Assembly: GCA_030390025.1 (NCBI GenBank)
Contig: CM059432.1
Location: 94,614,001-94,678,000 of the forward strand
DNA: 64,000 nt
Direction of reading: 5' to 3'
Source of the DNA: Squalus acanthias
Lineage: Eukaryota
Shown: piece by piece, positions 24,739-38,000 of the stretch
How positions within the stretch are numbered: the stretch's first letter is position 1
Layout: each line of letters begins with the position of its first letter
Program-made: the position numbers and the translations under genes
Notes under the pieces: model-generated
Told to the model about the DNA's origin: nothing
What the model saw: the letters and a program-made list of their open reading frames with translations, nothing else
Database searches by the model: none

Positions 24739-25062
24739 CAGTCCATGCCGGTGTTTATGCTCCACTCGAGCCTCCTTCCGTCTTTCCTCATCTAAATCTA
24801 TCAGCGTAACCCTTTATTCCCTTCTCCCTCAAATGCTTGTCCAGCCTCCCCTTAAATGCATCAATACTATTCGCTTCAACCACTCCCTGTGGTAGCGAGT
24901 TCCACATTCTCACCACTCTTTGGGTAAAGAAGTTTCTTCTGAATTCCCTATTGGATTTCTTGGTGACTATCTTATGTTGATGGCCTCCAGTTATGCTCTT
25001 CCCCACAAGAGGAAACATTCTCTCTGTATCCACTCTATCAAAACCTTTCATAATTTTAAAGA
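24739..25062 (-). mobile_element. CR1 LINE 3' fragment (host of the Gypsy insertion; its tip continues at ~22915-22952)
   Basis: FFTQRVVRMWNSLP; the 3' UTR GGCCATTCGGCCCAACCAGTC|CATGCCGG is split at the TSD. Confidence 0.85.
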
Positions 25063-25379
25063 CTGCATGAACAGTAACACAGTATTTGCCAATTCTGGCC
25101 CACCTTTCTAAAATTCATCAGGGTAGTAAACTAGTTCAACACAGGTTAATGCACAGGTACAGCCCTAATACTATTTTAGTTTGTTAATTATTTGTCAACC
25201 ACCAATTAAAAGGCAAATGTGCATTTCAACCCTCATCACATTAATTGTGCCTACTATAAAGGTTGCATTAAGGCTGCAGTTTGTCAGGAGCGCACCAGAA
25301 AGTAGCACAGAGACACAATATAGAAGCTGTTTCAATCCACAGAGCAGCATAGGTACATCAGCAAGTCTCACTTTACTGG

Positions 25380-26050
25380 ACATGATGACAGACAAAGAGG
25401 AGCAGCAGAAGAGGACCAGGGATGTCCAAGGCCATAGGATAACAGTCAAGACACACTACTACCTCAGACAGCTTGTCTACTGCAGCCAACAGATTTACCT
25501 CAACCTCTCTGAGAAGTAAAGAAAGAAAGACTTGTATTATTTACATAGCGCCTTTCACGACCACTGGACGTCCCAAAGCGCTTTACAGCCAATGAAGTAC
25601 TTTTTGAAGTGTAGTCACTATTGTAATGTAGGAATAAGTCCCATGTAATGGAATTATGCCTCATCAAGGAAGCCATAGATGAACTTTTGGAGTGTCCACG
25701 ATACCCGTACCTTATGGAAATTATGAGTTACCCGCTTATTCCAGATTGACAAGTTAAACAGTTGGTTCCTCAGAAACACCAACTGAGCAACTATTGTGCC
25801 CCTCAGCAAAGGGCCTACAACAAAGTACCTCATTGAGCAGACATTTGGCATACTAAAACAGCAGCTCCAATGTTTGGATTGCACTGCCAGAGCACTAAAA
25901 TAGTTGACATGTTGCAAAATGGAATGTGTCTGTTTGCCGATGAAGAACAAGCCATGGTATAGGAGCCAGAGGAGACGGAGTTAATAGCAGACTAGCTACC
26001 GAGGAGACAGCATAAATCCACAATGCTCTGATTGAGAATTTCTTCCCTTG
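25380..26050 (+). pseudogene. Highly decayed Harbinger transposase fragment, interrupted by a DeuSINE tail (25518-25633, minus)
   Basis: Manual translation gives YLNLSE near 25500 and IEQTFGILKQQLQCLD near 25830-25880. Confidence 0.55.
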
Positions 26051-26264
26051 AGACTTGCCCTTACATTCAATTTGACTTTACTTCCTCTTTTTTTCATGAA
26101 CTGTTCCTTATTACAACTGATTATCTAGAAATTATTAATTTTAAAAGGAAGCAATGACTGCAAAGTTTAAGGGAATTTGTTGTATCTTTATTTCAGTAAT
26201 AGTGTATATGTAGTGTGTATTTAGCAATGATGTGCTGCTGTGTTATCCCTTTGTGTCACATGTA

Positions 26265-27485
26265 CAGACAGAAAACAGAGAGTAGAAATAAACGGGTCAT
26301 TTTCGGATTGGCAGGATGTAACTAGTGGGGTACCACAAGGATCAGTGCCTGGGCCTCAGCTAGTCACAATCTATATCAATGACTTAGATGAGAGGACCGG
26401 GTGCAATGTTTCCAGGTTTGCTGACGATACAAAGCCAGGTGGGAAAGTAAACTGTGAGGAGGACACAAAGAGGCTACAAAGGGATATAGACCGGTTAAGT
26501 GAGTGGGCAAGAACATTGTAGATGGAGTATAATGTAGAGAACAGTGTTCCCTGTAAAGGTGCGCGGCCGCGCACTGCTCCAGGGAACCCGCGCAGCCGGC
26601 TTGCCAGCATTTCAATGTAAAAACCGCACATGCGCAGTATTTTGAATGGCCCACGCAGCCACTTAAAGGGGCCGTGCAGGGCCAAAAATAATTACAGGGA
26701 ACATAGGTGGTGAAGTGTGACGTTAACCACTTTGGTAGAAAAATATTTTTTAAATAGTGAGAGACTGGGAAAGGTTGGTATTCAGAGGGACCTGGATGTC
26801 CTTGTGCACGAATCACAGAAAGTTAACATGCAGGTACAGCAAGCAATTTGGAAAGCAAATGGTATGTTGGCCTTTATTACAAAAGGATTGGAGTACAAGA
26901 GTAAAGAAGTCTTACTGCAATTATATAGGGCCTTGGTGAGACCACACCTGGAGTATTGTGTATAGTTTTGATCTCCTTACCTAAGGAAGGATATAATTGC
27001 CTTCGAGGGAGTGCAACTTAGTTTCACTAGACTGTCCTTTGAGGAGAGATTGAGTAGACTAGGCCCATATTCCCTAGAGTTTAGAAGAATGAGAGGTGAT
27101 CTCATTGAAACATATAAAATTCTTCAAAGGCTTGACAGGGTAGATGCTGGGAGGATGTTTCCCCTGGCTAGGGAGTCTAGAACAAAGGGCACAGTCTCAG
27201 AATAAGGGGTCGGCCATTTAGGACTGAGATGAGGAGAAATTTCTTCACTCAGAGGGTGGTCAATCTTTTGAATTCTCTACCCCAGAGGGCTGTGGAGGCT
27301 CAGTCGTGAGTACATTCAAGACAGAGATCAATAGATTTTTGAATATTCAGGGAATCAAGGGATATGGGGATAGTGCGGGAAAGGTGGAGTTGAGGTAGAA
27401 GATCAGCCATGATCTCATTGAATGGCGAAGCAGGCTTGAAGGGCCGAATGGCCTGTTCCTGCTCCTATTTCTTATGTTCTTATGT
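26265..27485 (+). mobile_element. CR1 LINE 3' fragment
   Basis: DRKQRV, SGVPQGSV, FADDTK, LVRPHLEYCV, RRMRGDLIETYK; tail TTCTTATGTTCTTATG. Confidence 0.9.
26542..26706. mobile_element. hAT-type MITE (165 bp) inserted in CR1
   Basis: TIRs CAGTGTTCCCTGTAA / TTACAGGGAACATAG; degenerate 8-bp TSD GTAGAGAA / GTGGTGAA. Confidence 0.7.
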
Positions 27486-28581
27486 ACTAGTACACTGTAA
27501 TCTTTTTAGTGCATAATCTTAACATACTATTAAAATGAGTCGTTGTGAAGGCATCCTGAGAAGTCTCCTGAAGACCTGCATACAATTTCACTGCCAATTA
27601 CACCAACTGGTGTGTGATCACTGCCAAATGATCATGCAAGTATGTGCCAGTTTCACTGCCAGCTGCCACAATGCTTTCTTCCTGAGCCACTCATTCTCCC
27701 CCGCCCACCCCCACTGCCCCCCAGGAATGTCAGCGGATGGCTACTAGGGGACAAGGTATTACCCCCCCCCACCCCACCCACCTCTATATCTAGCTGATAA
27801 CACTTCTCTGCAACCCCACGACACCTGAGCAACACAGGAATAATAATAGCCATGGGACCACCTGGAACATCATTGAACTCACCACTGGCATCGTGAAGCT
27901 AACGTTCTGGTGCCTTAATTATATGCTGTGTAAAAGACAGTGTCATATACTATCTGCACCTTCTCTGAGATTGACTCAACCAGAGATGGGACTCTTTTCT
28001 GGATTTTGTAAGTGCACAATATTTGTGACTTCATGGAGCCTCCCAAATGTTGTTCCTGGGGGTTATGGATGATATGTAGCAGTTAGTAGGTTCTGATTAA
28101 TTTTCTCTCTATCTGCTCAGGTGATCTCTACACCCTGCTAGTTGACCTTATGCCTATCTCTTTGATCTAACTGGCCAATTTCATCCTTTTTAAAAGTGGG
28201 TCTGCTTATTCCCTACCCAATGTGATCTCTTTCTCTCTCTGGCTTTCTCCTGCAGTTATTTTGATTTAGAGCGACATGTCTCCATTCGTCCTACTTTGCT
28301 GGAAGGGTGAGTTTTCCTGATCATATTTGTTTAGCTGAGTATCTTGTTTTCTTGACATACAGCATTAAAGTCAGTTTATATTTTCTGCTGTTAGCCAACA
28401 TTATGTGACACAAATGAAACAGAGTCATCTCCTGTGCCTGTTGCCTTACTCATTTTACAATAACAATGCACACTACTTTTTGTTACCTTTACTTTAATAT
28501 GTCTTGTTTAATTGTAAAACTGCTCATTTTGGTACTGTATTTTCTTTCAGAAAATATTTTTTCTACTTTTTTTGACAACTA

Positions 28582-29289
28582 GTTGCTAAACCCTTGGCAT
28601 TGGCAGGTAACAAAATATTCTAGGTCCAAGAATCCAATACAGATTTATTTCAGAATGTAGCATGATACATGTGTAAATAGAATCGAATATTTGTTTTTCC
28701 AGTCTCTACACTTCAGATTTTGTTGATCTTAAACAGATTGTTAAGATGTGTGGTATCATATCAAACATATTTGAAACACATTTGATGAAAGAACGCTCAT
28801 TTCATAAGTGCTTTGAAAAGATGAATTTTGATGTTCACCGGTACCTTGGATAATCTTAGTGAGCTCATTAATGCCTGAAGTGTCATGACTCTCTCAGAAT
28901 TACTTGAATTTCAAATACTAATATTTGAAATTCCTGTAAATAGTGGCAAATGAGAAAACTGCCTATGTTATGTTATTGTAAGTTTTCATAGTTGCAAAAG
29001 ATTTTTCAATTATTTAAGATTAAAGGTCAAATTTGTGTGTGCACTCTCACCATAGCTCTGGTATAGCTCTGGTGGGAGTGCACTGGTAGGCCTACAAATT
29101 AGGCTGAGACCCACAAGGGAACATCTTAACAATCTGTTTAAGATCAACAAAATCTGAAGTGCAGAGACTGGAAAAACAAATATTCAATTCTATTTACACA
29201 TGTATCATGCTACATTCTGAAATAAATCTGTATTGGACTCTTGGACCTAGAATATTTTGTTACCTGCTTAGTGCCAAGGGTTTAGCAAC
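28582..29289. repeat. Local inverted duplication (arms 28582-28749 and 29121-29289)
   Basis: ~168-bp arms are reverse complements with only a handful of differences; spacer ~370 bp. Confidence 0.9.
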
Positions 29290-31115
29290 CCTTGGGTCCT
29301 GACCTAATGTCGAAGTTCCCGGAAACCTTGTTTGGGGAAGAGCCTCTGCCTGTCCCAAACAAGACTATCATCACTTGCGGAGCGGAGGCAGTGACTCCCA
29401 ACACTGGGAGTTCTTATGTCCCAGGTTCTCAGAGGAACCCAGCATAGGATCAATGGGGGTATAACCCGCTAAATGACAGTAATGGGTCTTACCTGGGAGC
29501 CCACTCGTGGCCTGGACCCACGAAGGTAATGGAGTACATTTTTTTTAATGTGCTAAACGTGGCACCTTTACAAAGTCCATAAGCTCTTGGGGTAGACAGA
29601 GACCTTTAGACTTCAAGGAAAGAGTAAAATGGTCAGATACAAGCTGTCCTTGCCATCTGCTGCCACCCAAAAACTCTGTTCCTTGGATATTCCTGCAAAT
29701 GTCTGAACAGAAAGATATTCTTCTATCTCCCTAACCCAATCAACAAACCAATGTCACAAGGTTGTAGATTCAAATCCCAATACAGACTTGAGCACATAAA
29801 TTAGACCAACACTTCAGTGCAGTACTAAGGGACTGCTGCATTGTCAGAGGTGCTGTCCTTCAGATGAAATGTTAAACCAAATTCTCATCTGCATTGTCAG
29901 ATTTGAGTTGCCAACCCTCCCGGATTGTCTGTGAGTCTCCCAGAATCTCCCAGGCACTACTGCGAGGAATTTGGCAGAAAAAAACCATAAGGAAGTAGAG
30001 TTCATACTTCGGGATTCAGACTTTCTTTTTCAAACCATTTTGTCTCTGTTTGTGATGTCCCTGCATATTCCATGAGGTCCAGCTCAGTCATTCTTTATTT
30101 GAAATGAACGAGTGGGTCACCACTCACTGGCTCGAGCTTGCAGAATCCTATGTGCGCATGCTGCCCAGCTGGAGACTTCATTCAAAGGCCAATCCCGGCT
30201 CTGATTTGCCATGGCGATAGGTGAGAACTCAATTGATGCAGGTTGCTGCTGTTCCCACCCCTGGACCATGGTATGTCCAGCAGACCTGGGGTAAGAAATG
30301 GGTATGGGAAAATAAATTGCATTTGCTCATCTGCCCTTGGTGGAGAGAAGCAGCACATCGACGAACATTTCACAACAAGATCTAATCAACAAAAATGATT
30401 AGTATCAGAAATGGTCAAAATAAATCAATTCATCAAATGACATTGATTTATAACACCACAAATAATGCACTCTCAATACATGAGGAATTTCAGGCAGTTT
30501 ATAGACACAGCCTAATGCATCTATAGGATTATCAAGTTGCACATATTACTTTCATTAAAGCCAGAACCACAATTGAGCTTTAGTTATTGTATAAAACCAC
30601 AATAATAATTAGGCATTAATAATGTCTTCAAAAGAAAATAGTTTACTCGCTATACTATTTAAGTGCAAAACTGAAGCCAGGCCTCTGAGGTGCTGTATTT
30701 CATTCAAACACTGTTAATTTAGGGCATTACACAATAGCAGAGATATAACCACTGCTGAAGTGATGACATGAGTAATGTTGCTTTCTCGTCTCTCAGGCTG
30801 CAGCTTCTCTGCATGATTCCTTTGATCTAATACAGGAACTACCGTAACAAAGGATCACTTAATGCCATCACACAGGGAAATGCCACATTCGGCTCTATAC
30901 ATTACATGCGTTGGAATGTAAGTGGCAGATGAAGAGTCACGGGTCAGAGGAAAAAACAAATAATAAAGGACTAGAAACAGAGAATGACATAAATATGACA
31001 GATTGGAAACTGAATTACACAAGGAAGTGCCTCTGTCTAACTGAAAAAGAAGGAAAAATTGGCAAGATGGCAAAAGGGAGGAAATAACTAGAGTGATGGG
31101 GAGAGTGAAAATAAA

Positions 31116-32879
31116 GGGCTGGATTTTGCCAGCGCTCAGAGGGCGGATTTGGAGGCGGATCCGCTGTCAAAATAGCAAAACAGCAAAGATTGACAGCAGG
31201 TAGGAAACCCGCTGTCAACCCGCCTCCACGTGAGTCTCCCAGGTGTCGGGTCTGTCTGCTGGGGAGACAATTTAGATAATTAAATGGCTTTTTAACAGCC
31301 AATTTATTGCTATTTTGAGGCTACCTTGCAATTTTACATGCTACCCCATGGGTTAACCGCTGCTCGGGGAACACGCCAGCTCATCCTGTCGTGAGTTGAG
31401 TCTGCTTTGATGTATTTGATAAGCTGACAGCAGCAGAAGTGGTATAAAGGATGCCATGTTGCAGATGTTCAGTTTCAGAGCTCAGAAACTGTTGGTTACT
31501 GCATTTATAGAGATTTATTTAGCTTGCAAGTGTTTAGAGCCAAATGTATAATCAGTGCCACCTCATTGGAACAACCTCTCTCACCATTGACAGATCGCTT
31601 CGGTCATCTCACCTGCAGTTGCCATCTATTGCAGCAACATCGGTGCCCTTGGAAAAAACACACCTTGGTCCTCTGAGTCCTTCTACGATCAGCCCTAACA
31701 CCAACATCACCAGGCACACCAACATCACCAACAACACCACCAGCCTTTTCCGCCAACACCTGATGCTGCACAGGACACAGAGCATCAGCCCCTGACAACA
31801 TTGCTGCCCGGGAGGCCAGCGATGGCATCACCATGGCCAGATTTACTTCACTTGATGCTGTAAACCCTGGCTGCCACATGATGCGCCAGGTTGACACCAT
31901 CCCACACCAGCATCCCTTTAATGTCCAAGCCATTCCATTCACACTCATCACGATAGCGGGGGGGGGGGGGGGGGGGGGGGAGGTGGAGTTATGTCTCAAC
32001 ATTCACTGGAACTCAGTGAGACACTTTCTCAAGGTGCGCACAGATCTGTCCAATAAGGTGAAGTGTTGAAAATATAGATTTCACTGTATGACAACACATT
32101 ACCAGAAACTTCACATGAACATTGGCTAAACCACTCAAGTGCCTACCCTTCTGTGTTGTTAGTTGGTATGCTTGCAGTAGGATGAGGGTGAGTGTGAGGG
32201 GTGGCTAGTGAGATGGGGAAGTGATAATGTAGATAGAGAGGGATGGGTGGAGGTGCAAGGTAAGTTGGTGTGAGTAAGGATGTGCAGGAGTAGGGTAGGG
32301 AAGGCAGAGTGATGGGGATGCGCTGAGTGGCACAGCAGGGTGAGGTTGAGTGTGGCATTGCAATAACGTTTCATGATCTACTAAGATCATTGAAAGGTTG
32401 GCGCCACTGCAGCCAGGCACTCCTGACAACATCCCTGCTCATGTCCTGCTGTGCAATGTACAACCAGACTGCGTTGATATCCTGGGGAGGTCTCTTCCGC
32501 CCATGGGAAGGGAAAAGAAACTCACTGCGTGCTGTGACTCCCTCCATAAGCATATGGAGGGAGTCATGCGTGAGCCTGGGTGCAGACGTGCACCTTTGTG
32601 CAGTGCTTGTCAGTGTTTGCAGCACCTCAATACTGCAGAACACTGACAGCACACATGTCAAAATCAATGTGGCCATGGTCCCTTTAAGGAAACTGGCTGA
32701 TGACACGTCATCAAATGACGTCATCAGACCCGCTTCCTGTTAATTGGCTAGGAACCCCACTTAACAAGGCCAATCTACGGAAAATAATTTTGAGAGAGCG
32801 GCTGCAGACGGGAGCGGGACCGGAACCCACCAACCAGCTCTCCTGCCGCCATCCCGCCTCCGCAGGGAAAATCCAGCCC
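31116..32879. mobile_element. Non-autonomous Harbinger derivative, copy 1
   Basis: TIR GGGCTGGATTTT / AAAATCCAGCCC; 3-bp flanks AAA/AAA; Myb-like remnant on - (32371-32724, ...WLQWRQPFNDL). Confidence 0.8.
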
Positions 32880-33721
32880 AAAGAGTGGAGACAGAGAGAG
32901 AATGCAACGGATTGGTACATATGCCCATCATATTATAGAGCGGTGCCTGCTCACACTGTATGGCACACAGATTCATCCACAACATATTGCATTTAGGTTT
33001 TTTTCAATGAGACTTCGAAACATAGAAACATAGAAAAATAGGAACAGGAGTAGGCCATTCGAGCCTGCTCCGCCATTCAATATCATGGCTGATCCTCTAA
33101 CTCAATAAAACTTACCAAAGTTGTTTATATTGTAGTAAATTATTAATCTTTTGAAATGTTATTGTGGAAATAATTATTTTTGACAAATGCCTGTCTGTAC
33201 ACTGTTCTAACTTTGTATTGATACTATTGTTGATTTTCAATATAAAATGATCAAAAATGTTTTCTTAATGTTTTTTCTATAAATCTGTGAAACTCCTAAG
33301 AGAAGTGATTTAACACAAGAACCAGAAAATTGCACAAATTATACAGCTTTTAGTATATTCTATATTATTAACAAATACAATACAAAGGTTCTGTATATTG
33401 CAATAACCTTGAATCTCTGAATTTTTATATACAAAGATAAAACTGAGTTTTTTGTAATTATCAACCTGCTATATAAAAAGTAAGTTAAAACATAATGGCC
33501 TAGAAATTCAGGCGTGAACATTTTTGGGGGTGCAGAGTGGCCGCATTTCTCGGCCAAATGGTTTTAAAAGAAATCCTGTCTTTGCACAGGTTACTAGCTA
33601 ACTGAAGGCAACCAAAATCTGCATGTACAGAACAGGTGCTGCGTAATTTCTTTCTTAAGAAAGAAAAACTCAGTAGTCCAAGAATCCTGTCTGGAAGTGC
33701 CACAGATGTACAGTTTCAAAT

Positions 33722-33980
33722 ACATGGCACTATTCAAAAAAGAGCAGGAGAGTTCTCCCTGATGTCGTGGCCAATATTTATCCCTCAACCAACTATCACT
33801 AAAACAGATTATCTGGTCATTATCTCATTGCTGTTTGTGGGATCTTGCTGTGCAAAAATTAGCTACCACATTTCCTAAGTATAACTATGAAGACACGTCA
33901 AAAGTACTTCATTGGCTATAAACGCTTTGGGACATCTGGAGGTCGTCGAAAGGTGCTACATAAACGCAAGTTCTTTTTAT
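33722..33980 (+). mobile_element. DeuSINE 3' half
   Basis: Deu core and tail, as in the other copies. Confidence 0.7.
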
Positions 33981-35005
33981 TTCATTCTGTTCATGACAAT
34001 AGTACCGGAAGGCTCAAATTCTGCTTTTTTTCTTTCTTCTCTTTTTTTCCAGATATACTAAGGACATAAGATGCTATACAAATATAAGTTCTTTATTTCT
34101 TATCTCAGTTGAAAACACTACCTGCTGCTTCATGCTGATGCCCTTTATAGCAGACAAAGAGAATGGTTTTCTCAGGAAGGGGACTGTCGAGTGGATATTT
34201 GTGCATTTAAAATGGATATAAACATTTAAAGGGAAATTTTAAATTTGGTTGCTGACTGTATCTCTAATGACAAAATTTATCTACAGCCAATGCAGAGGAC
34301 AGTCAAGCAAGAAATCACAATCCTAAGTTTTGTATTGCAAAGGAAAATCAGTACTCAATAGTTAATGCATTTTGGAAATGAGAAAGCTCGTTTGTTGTGT
34401 ATTTTCACAACTTCAAACTGCAAGTTATCTTACAACCAAAGCATTCCATTCTTGAATTAGCAAATACAATGAATATTTAATAGCTTACCTTCTAGTCCTT
34501 TATGTTTCATGCAGCACATTCGCAACATTTTACAATTTAAAAAAAGCAGACCAGCCAAATAGAACAGGAAATGACTACTCCTGACTGCAGCTTACTAAAC
34601 CCAGAAATAGCCTGCAGTAAACCAAATGAATAATGTATTGTGTGTAATCTCAACATTACATGATTGTACAAAATAATATCTACAGTATGGAATACTTTAC
34701 AAGGTTCAATCAATTTGGTGGCAGTGTTTCAGCAAATAATTTATCACAGTATACCTCAAAGTCTATACAAGGCTTTTCCACTGTTCATTTCTAATTAATT
34801 CAATTTCTATTCTGAGTACTGAGAAAATTGAACACAAAAATTAATTTAAAAAAGGGTAGCCATCGATGGGGACATTGCAGGCTTGGAAGAAAAATCAGCA
34901 AGTTTATAGATGATGCCAATGAAGAACAATCCAACCATATTTGGAAAGATTTAGATAACAGGGTCATAGTTGGCAGATGCAATTCAATGTGCACAAGCAT
35001 AATGT

Positions 35006-38000
35006 TGTGGCTGCCGCGAAGCACGAATTGAGGCCGAGTCAATATGTGGAGCACATGGCTTTTAATTACATACTCCTTGGCAAAATGGCTGCTACAACTT
35101 CTCTCTGCAAAACCCTACTGGTTGAGGGCGACGCCCGCTCTTTTTAAGTTCACACTGAGGGCGACGCCCGCTCCTTTTTTCATGCCTTAAAGGCAGCATG
35201 CGCCTTAAAGGCAAGGTGCCCGATTTATTGTCCACGGACGGAAAAGTGGATTGCGCCCGTTTAGGTGGCGATCCGCCACACAGCTCCCCCCAGAATCCGC
35301 TTAGGAGGTGTGGACGAGACGGTGCGGCGGTCTGATGGGCCGGCCGGAGCGACTCTTGTAGGATGCCGGTGGACGTGGAACGGCCGGGCGTGGAGCAGCC
35401 GGGTGAACTGGCTTGAGGGCAGGTCGGCCGCATGGCGGTGGACGAGCTACAGGGACCTGCTCACCGGGCTCCGAGTGTGCTGGCTTGAGTCGGTCAACCG
35501 ACACTTTTTCGGTCCTGTCGCCCACTTGCAGGGTGAAAAATTTGTCCCCAGCCTGTAGCATCTTGTAGGGCCCGTCGTACGGGGGTTGAAGGGGTCCGCG
35601 GTGGGCGTCGTGCCGGACGAAAACGAACCGTGCCTGGTGCAGGCTTAGTGGGACGTGTGAGGTGGATTCGCCGTGTCGGGCAATGGGCACCGGGGCGAAC
35701 TGTAGCGCCAGTGAGGCGAAGTCATGGCGTTGCTGGTCGGCTGACCAGGGTGTCGTGGCGGTGGACAGGAACTCGCCGGGTACGCGCAGCGGCTGACCGT
35801 ACACGAGCTCTGCTGCCGATGTGTGGAGGTCTTCTTTAACCGCGGTGCGCAGGCCGAGGAGGACCCACGGGAGTCGGTCGGTCCAGGCGCCGTCCTGGAG
35901 GCTGGCTCGAAGAGATGCCTTCAAGTATCTGTGGAACTGCTCACACAGTCCGTTGGCTTGGGGGTGGTACGCTGTGGTGCGGTGAATGGTCACCCCGAGA
36001 TTGCGTGCGACGGTGGTCCAGAGTTCAGAGGTAAATTGCGGACCTCTGTCCGACGTCATATCGGAGGGGACGCCGAACTGTGCGACCCAGGTGCTGACGA
36101 AGGCTCTGGCGATGTCGGCGGTGGTGGTAGAGATCAGTGGAATTGCCTCGGGCCAGCGCGTGGTGCGGTCAACGATCGTCAGCAAGTGCGTGTGGCCTTG
36201 CGACGGCGGCAGGGGCCCGCGATGTCCACGTGGATGTGGTCGAATCTATGCGAAGGGACGGTAAACTCCTCGAGGGGTGCTTTCGTGTGTTGCTGCAACT
36301 TGGCCCGTTGGCAGGCTAGGCAGGAGTTGGCCCAAGTACGCACATCCTTGCGAAGGCCGCGCCAGACAAAGCGGTTGGCTACCATTTTGATGGATGCGCG
36401 GGTGCCAGGGTGGGAGAGGTTGTGGAGAATCTCGAATACCCGGCGGTGCCAGGACGCTGGGACGACGGGCCGAGGTTGACATAGGGATATGTCGCACTTC
36501 ACCGTGACTGCGGTTGGGCCACAGGCGACATCGGCCAGGCGTAGCCCTGGTAGGTTGGTAGGTGCGGAGAGCAGATCAGGGTCGGTGATCTGGTCTGCTG
36601 CGAGTTGAGCGTAGTCGACTGCCAGGTGTGCGGCGTGGATGGTGGGGCGGGAGAGGCAGTCGGCTACCACATTGTCTCGGCCGGAGACGTGTTGGATGTC
36701 CGTGGTGAACTCGGACACTGCCGCGAGCTGGCGCTGCTGCCTGGCGGACCAGGGGTCGGTTGTCTTTGCTATTGCGAATGTCAGGGGTTTGTGGTCGACA
36801 AACGCAGTGAAGGGGTGGCCCTCCAGCAAAAACCGAAAATGGCGGACCGCCAGGAACTGCGCGAGGAGCTCACGGTCGAAGGTGCTGTACTTGACCTCTG
36901 GGGGGCGTAGTTGGCGGCTGAAGAAGGCAAGTGGTTGCCAGGCGCCGTCGACCCACTGCTCATACACGGCGCCGACCGCGTGGTCGGAGGCGTTCGTGGT
37001 GAGCGCTACCCTGGCATTGGGCCGTGGGTGCGCGAGCAGGGTGGCGTTGGCGAGCGCGGTCTTGGTGGAGTCGAAGGCGGCTGATGCGTCTGCCCCATTC
37101 GACCGCCATCTTGCCGCTCCTGCCCCAGAGGGCTTCATACAGGGGCTTCATGAGGGACGCCGCTTTGGGGGTGAAGCGGTTGTAGAAATTCACCATCCCG
37201 AGGAACTCCTGGAGGCCTTTATGGTGGTGGGACGGGGAAATTGTTGGACGGCCTGCACCTTGGTGGGCAGGGGAATGGCCCCAGCAAGGGTGATGTGGTG
37301 GCCAAGGAATTCGATCTTGTCCAGGCCGAACTGGCATTTGGCTGGGCTGAGGATGAGCCCGTGGTCGCTGAGGTGCCCGAACAGGATGCGAAGGTGTTCG
37401 AGGTGTTCCTGCTTGGAGGAACTGGCTACCAGGATGTCGTCCAGGTAGACAATCAGGAACTTCAGGTCCCGAAGGACCGAGTCCATGAGCCGTTGGAATG
37501 CCTGGGCCGCGTTTTTGAGGCCGAAGGGCATCCGCAGGAACTCGAAAAGGCAGAAGGCGGTGATTACGGCCATCTTGGGGACGTCCACGGGGTGGACGGG
37601 GACTTGGTGGTAGCCGCGCACCAGGTCGACCTTGGAAAAGACTGAGCGGCCGGCCAGTCTAGCCGAGAAGTCTTGGATGTGCGGCACGGGGTACCGATCA
37701 GGGGTGGTGGCGTCGTTGAGGCGGCGGTAATCCCCGCAGGGGCGCCAACCCCCGCCTGGTTTTGGGGCAATCTGGAGTGGGGAGGCCCAGGGACTGTTGG
37801 AGCGGCGGATGATGCCGAGCTGTTCCATGGTGGCAAACTCGGTCCGCCAGATCTCCAGTTTGGCCGGGTCCAGCCTGCGGGCATGGGCGTACACTGGGGG
37901 GCCTGTGGTGGGGATGAAGTGTTCCACCCCGTGTTTGGCGGCCTCCGCGGAGAAGGTCGGATTGGTAAGGGCCGGGAATTCGGCCAGCAGTGCCGAGTAG

